Part shown: positions 54,343 through 63,448 of the stretch, piece after piece
How the letters are laid out: every line of letters begins with the position of its first letter
Numbering within the stretch: position 1 is the first letter of the stretch
Sequence record: NC_048077.1
Reading direction: 5' to 3' (one strand)
Length of the DNA: 64,000 bases
Made by a program: the position numbers and the translations under genes
Notes under the pieces: generated by a model
Seen by the model: the letters and a program-made list of their open reading frames with translations, nothing else
Told to the model about the DNA's origin: nothing
Databases searched by the model: none

Positions 54343-56324
54343 GTACACTGACACTCGAACAGTTTGAACAGTTGCTTGAAACCAACGTTCTTACTGATCC
54401 GCCGATGTATGTGCGTAACACGTCTTTTCCAAAAGGGCAGGTTTCGTTTAACGTACTCGGAAGTGATTTCCGTATGCGTAACGTGATTATTCCGGTAAGC
54501 GGAAGCGCAATCGATCTTACGCAATACGCGCCGCTGAAAAATCTTCTGGCAAGTGCTGAACTGCGTGAAGTTTTCGCGTCGCGTCATTTAGTTCTGGTTA
54601 ATCAGGACGACATGCCTGAACCGAACAATCAAAAATTCCCGGACTACACCAACGTAACAACTCCGGTTACGGAAGGTGATGCAAACATTGATGGCCTTGC
54701 TCCGGCAGGTACTCAGGTGCAAGCGGTTCATTCCGGAAACATCGCGGCAGTGTTTGCCGAAAGCAATAACACTTTCGAACTGCCTGTACCTAATATGGTT
54801 GCTGGCGATCAGATCGAAGTTTCTTTCATCAAAGATAAATTCGAAACGAAGAAAGTTTCTGTTGTCGTTGCAGAAAAACCTGCGCAGCCTTATCCGCAAC
54901 CGACTGTTAATGACTACACGAATTTCGATTCTGAAATTTCAGGAACCACAATTCAGGGCGCAACTGTTGTTCTGAAAAATGATGGCGCGGTTGTTGATAC
55001 TCAAACTGTCGGTTCCGATGGAACATTTTCTCTGACTGTTCCGTATCCGCACGGTGTTCTGGAAGTGTCTTTCAGTGCTGATGGTTACACGCCTACTACT
55101 GTAACTCCAGCTCCGAAAGATCGCGAAGTGAATGTGACGGTGAACACTCCGAAATATTTGGATGAAGAGATCACCCTGAACATTAATCCTGCGCAGCCTG
55201 TTCCTGTTCACGTTGAAATTGAAATCGACGGACAGGCGCTGATCACTGACACCATTCCGGAAAACGTTCAATCGTTTGATGTGATTTGTGGCCCGATTAA
55301 AGGTGATGTTAAAGTTACCGTTAAATCTACTGGCTACAAAGAAACTTCTTTCACACGCACGCCGACTAAAAATGCTTTCGGTGATGTGACAGTGAATGCT
55401 GTTCACGCAGAAGAGAGTGTAGTGGCTGGTAGTGTTGTGATGCGCAGCGCCGATGATGTGAAAGTCGAACTCGTAACGCTGGAGAAAACTTACAACGCTA
55501 ACGTGAATGCTGATGGTACTTTCAGCATTAATACAGATGCGTTGAATGCTGGCGATGCTTCTGTTCACTTCACCAGTAACTACTTCGATCCGAAAACTCA
55601 GGACTTCGATATTCTGGCGAAAGAAATTTCTACAGCAACTGTCGATGAAGTTTACGCAGGCGATACGGTTATCACTGGTACAACTCTCGCAGGCGTTAAA
55701 GTTGTTTCCGGCACACACCAGACAACTGCTGGTACTGATGGCAAATTCAGTCTGACTGTTGATGCTCTGGAAGCCGGTAATTCCACTCTGGAATTCAGCA
55801 AAACGAATTACACAACAAAAACTGTTCCGTTTACGATTATGCCTCTGCGTATGCAGGCTACTCCAACGGCGCAAACAGTTTACGTTGGTGAAACCGATAT
55901 TAACGGTACTGCTGAACCAGATTCGCAGATCTTTATCGACGGCAACAAAGTCGGTGATGTTGAACCGGATGGAAACTTTACTCTGTCTGGCCCTGCGATG
56001 AGCGCGGCTGAAACTCTGACGTTTAAGAAACTGCATTATCGCGATGAAACTCTTGTAGTTACTCCGCAAGCACTTTCTAACTTCACGAAACCTGCGCTGA
56101 CAGTTACCGAAGGTGACACAACAATTTCTGGAACAACCACTGCTGGAACTCTGGTTACTTCCACAAGCGCAACTGATTCTGTAACTGCTAATGGTTCCGG
56201 CGCATTTACTCTGACGCTGAAATCTGCTGCTGTTGCGAATGATACAATCGAAATCGGTCTGGCAAAACGTGGTTATGCTAACGCAAGTTTCGACTATACT
56301 GTTGCGGCAAATCCGGCTCCTTAA
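54339..56324 (+). CDS. Ig-like repeat virion surface protein with a conserved N-terminal domain
   Basis: Multiple T/V/G-rich beta-sandwich repeats of about 75-80 aa (ITGTT.AG..V; DG.FSL.V); N-terminal 90 aa shared with 56446..57123. Confidence 0.8.
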   Translation: MSTLTLEQFEQLLETNVLTDPPMYVRNTSFPKGQVSFNVLGSDFRMRNVIIPVSGSAIDLTQYAPLKNLLASAELREVFASRHLVLVNQDDMPEPNNQKFPDYTNVTTPVTEGDANIDGLAPAGTQVQAVHSGNIAAVFAESNNTFELPVPNMVAGDQIEVSFIKDKFETKKVSVVVAEKPAQPYPQPTVNDYTNFDSEISGTTIQGATVVLKNDGAVVDTQTVGSDGTFSLTVPYPHGVLEVSFSADGYTPTTVTPAPKDREVNVTVNTPKYLDEEITLNINPAQPVPVHVEIEIDGQALITDTIPENVQSFDVICGPIKGDVKVTVKSTGYKETSFTRTPTKNAFGDVTVNAVHAEESVVAGSVVMRSADDVKVELVTLEKTYNANVNADGTFSINTDALNAGDASVHFTSNYFDPKTQDFDILAKEISTATVDEVYAGDTVITGTTLAGVKVVSGTHQTTAGTDGKFSLTVDALEAGNSTLEFSKTNYTTKTVPFTIMPLRMQATPTAQTVYVGETDINGTAEPDSQIFIDGNKVGDVEPDGNFTLSGPAMSAAETLTFKKLHYRDETLVVTPQALSNFTKPALTVTEGDTTISGTTTAGTLVTSTSATDSVTANGSGAFTLTLKSAAVANDTIEIGLAKRGYANASFDYTVAANPAP

Positions 56325-56445
56325 TCCAATCTAATATTTTTCAGATCTCACTCTGAATATACTAATGTTAGCTTGTGTTTAAAAACCCTCGGCACACGGA
56401 CGTGCCCCACTGAAAAAATCCTTTGCCTATATTGGAGTAACCCAA

Positions 56446-57123
56446 ATGAAAATCCGTCCCATCACTTTGACGCAGTTTAATCAGGAATACGGAAAAGATC
56501 CCGTTGCATCCCTGTATGTGTTGAACCGTTCTAATCCTAATGGTCAGATCGCTTTCAACTGCATTAACGAACTCAACGTCACTATTCCGGTACTGGTCCC
56601 CTCGACATTTATTCCTGTGGATCTTACTACGATGGCACCGCTGGAAAACCTGCTGAAAAGTTCGGTCTTCCGTCAGATCCTCGCAAAAGGCCAACTGGTT
56701 ATTGTTCGCAAAGAAGAAGCTGAACAGTATCTCGATTCGCCGCGTGCAAAATCTGAATACCAACGTATCAACAAAATCGTTGGTACTGTTGTTGAAAATG
56801 ATCACTCCGAAGAGATCGAACTGGACACCGGAAACGGCGGCGTGGAAACTCGTTCTAAAAAGAACAAGAAAAAAGCTCCGGGTTCCTCGAAATCTTCTGC
56901 TCATGAAGATTTCATTAGCGCTATGATCGACCGCGCCAACGACAACGAAGAGACTGATGATGTTTTGCAGCGTGAATTCCTGACGCACCAAAACAACCTG
57001 ACTCTGGCTGATCTGGAACGTATGCGCAAAGAAGTTAAGCGTGCTGCTCTGGTAGATTTGATTCTCGATGAACTCGAAGAACGTCGTGGTGAAGAGGAAG
57101 ATGATGAGGAAGAAGAAGAGTAA
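56446..57123 (+). CDS. Hypothetical protein: shared N-terminal domain plus acidic tail
   Basis: LYVLNRSNPNGQIAFN...PVDLTTMAPLENLL aligns with MYVRNTSFPKGQVSFN...AIDLTQYAPLKNLL of the upstream gene. Confidence 0.75.
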   Translation: MKIRPITLTQFNQEYGKDPVASLYVLNRSNPNGQIAFNCINELNVTIPVLVPSTFIPVDLTTMAPLENLLKSSVFRQILAKGQLVIVRKEEAEQYLDSPRAKSEYQRINKIVGTVVENDHSEEIELDTGNGGVETRSKKNKKKAPGSSKSSAHEDFISAMIDRANDNEETDDVLQREFLTHQNNLTLADLERMRKEVKRAALVDLILDELEERRGEEEDDEEEEE

Positions 57124-57140
57124 TCTCTTCTGAAATGATA

Positions 57141-57166
57141 AAGGGGGCTTTCGCCCCCTTATTTTT
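57141..57166 (+). terminator. Terminator at convergent genes (possibly bidirectional)
   Basis: AAGGGGGC-TTTC-GCCCCCTT followed by ATTTTTT. Confidence 0.75.
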
Positions 57167-58214
57167 TGCCTTTAACTTTTTTAATCTCGCGTTTCCATCC
57201 CAACTTCTTAGCCGGAATAAAACATTTATCTCCGTGCGTCTCTTTCAGAAATCCTTTCACCTCTTTGATGATACTCAACGGCGCATTATCCGGATCGAGT
57301 TTAATCAACTTTCCTTTCTCGTCTTTCTCTCGCGGCAATTTAAAATGCTTGATGCGGATTAAAGATGACTTGCCAAACTCTGCTGCAATTTTATCGCGCA
57401 ACAACTTACCGCCGCCGTCATTATCCGTCATTGTGTATACGGTACTGACTCCCATCATTTCAACGATGCGTCGTTTCTCTTTGCCAAACTGTTCTGCACC
57501 TAAAACAGCTAACGCAGGAATTCCGTAACTCAATAACGCAAGCGCGTCGCGTGGCCCTTCAACCAACACAACATACTTCAATTTATATTTCTTCAACATA
57601 TCACGCACAAGTTGAATCGGGAATAAACCTTTTGATTTAGCCCAATCGCCTTGCGAGTTAACATAGCTTGTTCCGTTGATTTGTTTCGTTAGATACGCAG
57701 CAACACCGCCGATGTATTTCGTTCCGACCTTACATGGAAAGAAACAAACGTTTGTTCCTGTTCGTTGTGCATTCAACAACCCACCTGCTGCACGTACAAG
57801 CGATCCCGGATACGTGCGCCACTCAACATCTTCGGGCCATTCCATGTAACTATCACGACGCAGCGCTTTCATTAGCATTGCTACCGTTGAATATGTGCCG
57901 ACCTTGTTCGCCATTTTATCGTAAGTCTGACGCAACGCACTGAGAGAGTTTTCTCCTGCGTCTTTCATGCGCCATTCTTTTATTTCCTGCAATCCTGCCT
58001 TGCGTGCAAGATCATTCCACGAACCTTTTTCACCGCAACCGAAGCAATGAAAAAATCCCAAAGGAATTTCCATGCCAACGGAAGTATAGATTCCGCAGCT
58101 TGGAGATTTATCGTCGTGGAATGGGCAACATACAATGATAGATTCTGCCGCAAACTTTTTATCTCCGGGAAGTTTTGCGATTTCTTCCATTACTGTTTGA
58201 TGCACGTCACTCAT
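57159..58214 (-). CDS. dnaG: DNA primase, DnaG-like (CHC2 zinc finger plus TOPRIM)
   Basis: CCPFHDDKSPSC...FHCFGC; VLVEGPRDALAL; MTDNDGGG. Likely start ATG 58214. Confidence 0.88.
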   Translation of the reverse strand: MSDVHQTVMEEIAKLPGDKKFAAESIIVCCPFHDDKSPSCGIYTSVGMEIPLGFFHCFGCGEKGSWNDLARKAGLQEIKEWRMKDAGENSLSALRQTYDKMANKVGTYSTVAMLMKALRRDSYMEWPEDVEWRTYPGSLVRAAGGLLNAQRTGTNVCFFPCKVGTKYIGGVAAYLTKQINGTSYVNSQGDWAKSKGLFPIQLVRDMLKKYKLKYVVLVEGPRDALALLSYGIPALAVLGAEQFGKEKRRIVEMMGVSTVYTMTDNDGGGKLLRDKIAAEFGKSSLIRIKHFKLPREKDEKGKLIKLDPDNAPLSIIKEVKGFLKETHGDKCFIPAKKLGWKREIKKVKGKK

Positions 58215-58279
58215 ACAATAACCCCTGTTTGAAATACTAATTTTCACTATCGAATAACCTGAATTTACAGATTACGCTT

Positions 58280-58615
58280 ATGAACACAACGAACTATGCT
58301 TCCAATATTGTGCATCGAATTTATCCGGCTTTTTGGGTTCGATTCTGTAAATTGCTGGATATAGACGTGCGCGATTATGCTGTCTTCAAAGACGGATCAC
58401 TTATCGGCCTGTCCATCCCAATTCCGGAAGAGAAAACAAAAGAATTCCATGCGGAATTTGAAGAGAAGTTTTTCAATCTGGAACGCATTAGCATTGAAAC
58501 AGAACCAGTGCGTCACTATGTTGTTAAACAAGGATCATTCTTTTTCGATGTTTATTTCTTCGAGAAGAACATTTCAATTGAGGTGAACAGTGCGACAAAT
58601 CCGAAACTTGTATGA
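58280..58615 (+). CDS. Hypothetical protein
   Basis: 111 aa ORF. Confidence 0.6.
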   Translation: MNTTNYASNIVHRIYPAFWVRFCKLLDIDVRDYAVFKDGSLIGLSIPIPEEKTKEFHAEFEEKFFNLERISIETEPVRHYVVKQGSFFFDVYFFEKNISIEVNSATNPKLV

Positions 58616-59669
58616 CACTCGCCAGCTTTCGCGTGTCGGGCGATTAATTGACATGGCGCTTGATGTTACTGTTCCGGAAAAACGCTACCCAAAGAAGCGC
58701 GTTAGTCCTAGTATGTTTCCAATTTGCAGCATTCAGGAATATGCTGCACGACTCTACGAAAAGCATAACAAACATCTTTCCGGTGAGTCTGGAACCATGC
58801 TAAATATTTTTGCCAAAGCGGGAACAGGAATGCACGAAAGCATTCAGAACGCATTAGGCAATACCGGGCAAATGGTTGGTCACTGGAAATGCAGTAACCC
58901 CGATTGCGAAGAACATCCGAAAACAAAAAGTGTTTACGAAAACGGCAAGCGTATTAAAAAAGGAAAACATACGCGCACGCACTCATGCGACAATATTTGT
59001 CCGAAGTGCAAAAAACCAATGGCGTATAGTGAGCTAAAAGTTCTCTACAAAAGTTTGAAAGGATATGTAGATGGACTGATCGACAACCTTGATGGAACTT
59101 ACAGTCTCATTGACTTGAAGAGTACCACTGTCACGAAAGCGGCAGACGGAACTTTCTTTGTTAAGTATCATCGTTATCAGATCGCAACTTACGCATACAT
59201 TCTGAAAAAACGTTACGGCTACAACATCGTTGATTATACGCTGGTGTACGTTCCTCGCGACAACCCGAAAAAATTCGTTGAGAAGAGTTTTGTATTCGAC
59301 GAAGCTGAATCTAAAATCGCATACAAGTTTATGATGAAACAGATTCGCGCATGGGATGCCGTGATGAAATCCGTTCGTAAAAAAGATCCTTCATACGCAA
59401 TCGAAAAGAAACCGTGCAAATCTCCTGAATACTATTGGGAAGAGTTTCATAAATATGATACTTGCCCATTTGTGGATCACTGTTTCATTACGTCTCGCAT
59501 GGTTGCGTTTCTGGAGGAAATGGAAAAACGAATTATGGCAAACCCTTCTCTGTCTTTCGCCGAAGTGGTGAAAACAAATCCATCTGCTGTTAAGAAAATG
59601 GAAGGTGGCCTTTTGCCTAAGAAGCAAAAGAAAACAGAGAAGCGTATCGTAAAACAATTTGAACTTTGA
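58590..59669 (+). CDS. Cas4-like PD-(D/E)xK exonuclease with an inserted zinc ribbon
   Basis: GTGMHE, GYVDGL, LIDLKS, YQIATY; N-terminal Cys plus C-terminal C...CPF..HC cluster; no CRISPR nearby. Confidence 0.8.
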   Translation: MRQIRNLYDTRQLSRVGRLIDMALDVTVPEKRYPKKRVSPSMFPICSIQEYAARLYEKHNKHLSGESGTMLNIFAKAGTGMHESIQNALGNTGQMVGHWKCSNPDCEEHPKTKSVYENGKRIKKGKHTRTHSCDNICPKCKKPMAYSELKVLYKSLKGYVDGLIDNLDGTYSLIDLKSTTVTKAADGTFFVKYHRYQIATYAYILKKRYGYNIVDYTLVYVPRDNPKKFVEKSFVFDEAESKIAYKFMMKQIRAWDAVMKSVRKKDPSYAIEKKPCKSPEYYWEEFHKYDTCPFVDHCFITSRMVAFLEEMEKRIMANPSLSFAEVVKTNPSAVKKMEGGLLPKKQKKTEKRIVKQFEL

Positions 59670-59676
59670 GGTAACT

Positions 59677-60078
59677 ATGCACGTACTTATTTCGTTGGGT
59701 GCTACCACTCAAGACAAAGGGCGCACTGCTCTGGACTCCCCTGAGTCAACCACAACCCACGCGGATCTTTCTGAATATTCTTCTCTGGAAAAACGTTTAC
59801 GCCAGCACGAAGAAGAAAAACAGAAAACCAAAGTGGCAGAAAAAGCCGCACCTAAGAAAACTGTAAAAAGTAAGAAAGGTGACGGCGAAGAATCTAAAGA
59901 AGATGATTCTGAGGGCTTCGGCGATGATACAAATGATTTTGGATCTGACGGTGGAGACGAAAGCGATGATTCAGGTGGAGGCAAAGGAAAGTCGAAAGAT
60001 TCAGAGGATGAGGAATCCGGAGATTCGGATGACGAGTCTGGAGATTCTGACGAAGACTTTGCAGACGACGAAGAGTGA
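59677..60078 (+). CDS. Acidic low-complexity protein with the N-terminal ISLS-type motif
   Basis: Begins MHVLISLGA after a GAGGT RBS; D/E/S/G-rich tail. Confidence 0.7.
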   Translation: MHVLISLGATTQDKGRTALDSPESTTTHADLSEYSSLEKRLRQHEEEKQKTKVAEKAAPKKTVKSKKGDGEESKEDDSEGFGDDTNDFGSDGGDESDDSGGGKGKSKDSEDEESGDSDDESGDSDEDFADDEE

Positions 60079-60100
60079 TCTTAATCCGTTTCATACTGGA

Positions 60101-60616
60101 ATGGGTGACTACGAAAGTTTAAGAGCGTGTTTGATTGCGATTGATACGATCATGAAAAGCTCGCAGGTTTACCCGCGCATTGATTACGGCATGGTACGCA
60201 AGAATAACTTTCTTGTTATCAATCGCCTTTGGATGCAAGGTAAGCCTGACGCGCAGCATCGCTTGCGTGCGGAGATTGGCGCAGAAATAAATTGCGCTTG
60301 GTTACTTCGCGCCATTGAAGCCGTGGCAATCGAACACGATCTCATTCCTATTATTGTGGATAGCGGAAGCAACTACGAATTAATTTCCCGCGCCACAAAA
60401 AGAAACTTAATGCAGGGTGTTGGCATATTCGATTACGTCCGTGTGCGGCATCCTGATTCTTTTGATGCGCTGAAATTTCTTTCTGATAAACCTCAAATGA
60501 AAATCATTGCGCCGAAGGAGATTATCTTCGAATGGCTAAATATAAATCATCAATTGCAAAGGCAGCCAAAAAGAGTCCTGCTGCTAAACAGGCCGAACAG
60601 CGCCAGAAAGCATTGA
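60101..60616 (+). CDS. Hypothetical protein
   Basis: Likely ATG 60101; the upstream extension overlaps the previous gene. Confidence 0.6.
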   Translation: MGDYESLRACLIAIDTIMKSSQVYPRIDYGMVRKNNFLVINRLWMQGKPDAQHRLRAEIGAEINCAWLLRAIEAVAIEHDLIPIIVDSGSNYELISRATKRNLMQGVGIFDYVRVRHPDSFDALKFLSDKPQMKIIAPKEIIFEWLNINHQLQRQPKRVLLLNRPNSARKH

Positions 60617-61194
60617 AGCAAATTCGCAACGGCAACTACAGCAAAGGAGTGAAAACTCTTAGCGCTGCAAAAGATAAATCTCGCCGTATGACGAGTGGAG
60701 AAAAACGAATTGCTACGGCAACTCCTTTCACTCCAAAAATTGTTCCGCAACCTCCGCGCACTGCGAAGATGGACAAAGGTGTAAACCTAACAACGTTACT
60801 TCGAAACACTCCGCGCTTGATGCGTGAGAATGCCGAAGAATGTTTAGTTCGCGGTTACAAGAAAACTAAAACCGGGAAAGCACTTCCTGTAGTAATGGCT
60901 AAAGTGCGTCACAAAGATCCTTTGCGTCCTTCAAAAGAAGTTCGTGATTACGAAGTTATGTTTGTGGGTCTGGACGATCCTAATAAACCGATTTCAAAAC
61001 AAAAGCGCGTCATGGTTAGCTGTCCTTGTGCGAACTACGTTTTCATGTGGGAGTATGCTAACGCTGAACACGGCGCTGGTCGAATTATTTACGGTAACGG
61101 TGAACCACCCGATTACACAAACCCGGCTCACATTCCGGCTCTGTGTAAGCACGCTGCGGCGCTGGCTACTCGTATTAAAAACAACGGTGATTAA
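60532..61194 (+). CDS. Basic protein with SWIM-like zinc finger
   Basis: VSCPCANYVF...LCKH fits the CxC...CxH pattern. Confidence 0.65.
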   Translation: MAKYKSSIAKAAKKSPAAKQAEQRQKALKQIRNGNYSKGVKTLSAAKDKSRRMTSGEKRIATATPFTPKIVPQPPRTAKMDKGVNLTTLLRNTPRLMRENAEECLVRGYKKTKTGKALPVVMAKVRHKDPLRPSKEVRDYEVMFVGLDDPNKPISKQKRVMVSCPCANYVFMWEYANAEHGAGRIIYGNGEPPDYTNPAHIPALCKHAAALATRIKNNGD

Positions 61195-61196
61195 AA

Positions 61197-61361
61197 ATGC
61201 GTTTTGCTGTCTCTCCGGCATTTGATTTGAACAGGGAAGAAGAGAAGCAACTTAAAGAAGTTGTGAATGAAGTTTTCCTAAATAAACCGCGTGGGCGCAG
61301 TCGTGGTCAAACACGCAGTCGCGCAACCAAACGGCAAAAAGCAATTACCACTTTGTTCTAA
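61197..61361 (+). CDS. Small basic hypothetical protein (54 aa)
   Basis: Manual translation MRFAVSPAFDLNREEEKQ...KAITTLF fills the gap between genes. Confidence 0.45.
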   Translation: MRFAVSPAFDLNREEEKQLKEVVNEVFLNKPRGRSRGQTRSRATKRQKAITTLF

Positions 61362-61372
61362 CAGGTGAAGCT

Positions 61373-61645
61373 ATGTCCGAAACTCAGGTGCATTCCGCTG
61401 TCAGACTTCTCGAAATTTGGCAGGTGCTGGAACATAAAAATAAATGTTTCCATTCAGATATTCGCGTTGACGAAGAAGCAATTCAATTGTTGTCTCCGTT
61501 CTTTGATAAGATCGGTCAGTACAAAGGAATGTATCTTTCCGGTTTCAACTTACACGTAACGTCTTCTGATAAGACAGACGTTGCATTCACTATTAGTTCA
61601 ATGCCGCGTACTATCACACATACGCTAAGGGAAAATTTAGCATGA
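61373..61645 (+). CDS. Hypothetical protein
   Basis: 90 aa ORF. Confidence 0.55.
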   Translation: MSETQVHSAVRLLEIWQVLEHKNKCFHSDIRVDEEAIQLLSPFFDKIGQYKGMYLSGFNLHVTSSDKTDVAFTISSMPRTITHTLRENLA

Positions 61646-61959
61646 CTTGCTCTCACATTCCGATCCCGCTCTCTGTTTCTCCTTTGGATTCATTTATGCG
61701 TAAGCACATCATCGAACGCATTCATCAACATCTTGAGGAAATCAAAGAATACGATTCGATCCGGGATTGTGGTTTCTCGCCGGAACCTGTCAAGTTCGCG
61801 GAGAATGTTTTGATTGATGATGACTTTCTTTCTCTGCTTCCGTCTGATGCAATCAAACAGTTGACAGCCGAACAGATCGAAAACATTCGCGGTCGCATCG
61901 CGAAACGAATTGTTGTTTCCAGCAATGGAAAAGAATTCGAGATCTCTATGGAGTTCTAA
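61642..61959 (+). CDS. Hypothetical protein
   Basis: 105 aa ORF with ATGA coupling. Confidence 0.6.
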   Translation: MTCSHIPIPLSVSPLDSFMRKHIIERIHQHLEEIKEYDSIRDCGFSPEPVKFAENVLIDDDFLSLLPSDAIKQLTAEQIENIRGRIAKRIVVSSNGKEFEISMEF

Positions 61960-62178
61960 ATGGCATGTGCAACGTGCGGGAATCGGCGGCGCAGATTAAC
62001 GATGGGTAAAACTGTCGCGTTGCCTGATCCGACTCCCATTTCAAATACAATGAGCGCTGCCCGACTTACACCTCACGGTTGGGTGCGCACTTGTACAAAA
62101 TGCGGAAAAGTTTCTGAACCTTCCGCTTTCGCTGATACGGTTGTTCAACCGTGTGAGTGCGAAAACAATCCGGAATAA
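61960..62178 (+). CDS. Small Cys-rich (zinc-binding) protein
   Basis: CATC, CTKC and CEC motifs; GGAG RBS. Confidence 0.6.
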   Translation: MACATCGNRRRRLTMGKTVALPDPTPISNTMSAARLTPHGWVRTCTKCGKVSEPSAFADTVVQPCECENNPE

Positions 62179-62180
62179 AT

Positions 62181-62702
62181 ATGGACACTAATAAACTACA
62201 CTCTCTCGGCATGTATGACTTTGTGAAAAATCACGCAAGTAAATATGGCCGATGGTGCAACTTTATAGACCGTTCTTCTGTCGTGATGCCATTCGAATTG
62301 TTGCGTGACCGAAAGGTTATTCATTACAAGTGGCGGCAAAATGTTCCTGAAATTTTCATTCATCCTGTTGTGGATATTATTTTTAGTGCATTACCAGAAC
62401 AGAACATTGAGAACTTCGGGAAAGAAGCCTCCGCTCTTTTCGAATGGCTTCGCCTCAATATCAAAGATCATGGTTTTCATTTCCGCTCTTTCGTCTTTAA
62501 TAACGAAGAAGGCGAGCGTGTCGGTATTGTTTATCGTATCTTTGCGAACGAGGATTTTCCGTGCTACATCCATCCCGAATACATCACACACGCAGAAGGC
62601 CGCGCACCGTGTCCGGCTTGTTATACTGCGGTGACTTTCGGAGAATTTCATCCACTGGAAATCAAACCTGTTGATTCCCGTCTCATGGAGAAAACAAAGT
62701 GA
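62181..62702 (+). CDS. Hypothetical protein
   Basis: Likely ATG 62181 (MDTNKLH). Confidence 0.65.
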   Translation: MDTNKLHSLGMYDFVKNHASKYGRWCNFIDRSSVVMPFELLRDRKVIHYKWRQNVPEIFIHPVVDIIFSALPEQNIENFGKEASALFEWLRLNIKDHGFHFRSFVFNNEEGERVGIVYRIFANEDFPCYIHPEYITHAEGRAPCPACYTAVTFGEFHPLEIKPVDSRLMEKTK

Positions 62703-63148
62703 CTCCCGGCTACTGGAAAGTTGTTCCTAACGAACGTTCCACAACAATCATTCAGGCAATTTGTAGTGCAATAGTTTCTCCGGAAGATCTGGATGACCTG
62801 CACGTAACTCTCGCCTACGATAAAAACAATCCGGATAACGATATTCCGTTGAGCAATGCGGAATTCAAAGCAACTATTTCCGGTGTTGAATTGTTTGGCG
62901 CGAATAACGATATTCTGGTTCTTACTTTGGAGTCAGAAGATCTACAGCTTGAGCACGCACGCATTCACGAAAACCCAAACGTGAAATTCGATTTCATTCC
63001 GTATCGACCGCATATCACTATCGCGAAAAATTCTACGGAAGCGGAACTCGAATGCCTGCATAATATCATTATGTCTCCGAACATTCCGGCACTGTCGATT
63101 GTGCTCGGCGACGAATCGCGAGAAGACATTGATGAAAGTAGAGATTGA
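62699..63148 (+). CDS. acb1: 2H phosphoesterase, Acb1 (T4 57B)-like anti-CBASS nuclease
   Basis: Two HxT motifs (LHVTLAY, PHITIA) and ILVLTLESEDL...H...DFIPYRPHIT, which parallels T4 Acb1 TLVLVLDSEYL..H..DFDDYTPHIT. Confidence 0.72.
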   Translation: MTPGYWKVVPNERSTTIIQAICSAIVSPEDLDDLHVTLAYDKNNPDNDIPLSNAEFKATISGVELFGANNDILVLTLESEDLQLEHARIHENPNVKFDFIPYRPHITIAKNSTEAELECLHNIIMSPNIPALSIVLGDESREDIDESRD

Positions 63149-63413
63149 TCTCGGCAAAGATGCCGAACTAACTCCAAATGCGCAGCGTGCCGAAGACCGC
63201 GCTAAAGAACGTCGCCGTCTTAAAGAGTATGGCGATACTCCGGAAGATGAGATCGAACAGAAGGAAAAGGAAAAGGAAGATCAGGCGGAAGAAAAACGCA
63301 AAACTGATAATCCACCGCCTCCTGAAAATCTCGGTCAATATAAACCGGAAACTTACGAAAGTCTGGATCAACAACTTTCCCATATGGACAGACAAACTTC
63401 AAAAAATCTGTAA
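63132..63413 (+). CDS. Charged low-complexity protein with the N-terminal motif variant
   Basis: Begins MKVEIDLGK. Confidence 0.6.
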   Translation: MKVEIDLGKDAELTPNAQRAEDRAKERRRLKEYGDTPEDEIEQKEKEKEDQAEEKRKTDNPPPPENLGQYKPETYESLDQQLSHMDRQTSKNL

Positions 63414-63416
63414 ATA
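63404..63416 (+). promoter_or_regulatory. CTGTAAA(T) promoter-like motif upstream of the putative sigma gene
   Basis: AAATCTGTAAATA about 33 nt before ATG 63449; strand matches the downstream gene. Confidence 0.55.
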
Positions 63417-63448
63417 ATGGGTAGGTTCATTTTTCTTTGGGTGCGATA

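Noticed and set aside
54939-56069. 376 aa minus-strand ORF
   Set aside because: Shadow of the Ig-repeat gene, caused by codon bias.
58590-59669. CRISPR-Cas system
   Set aside because: No repeat-spacer array or other cas genes in the window.
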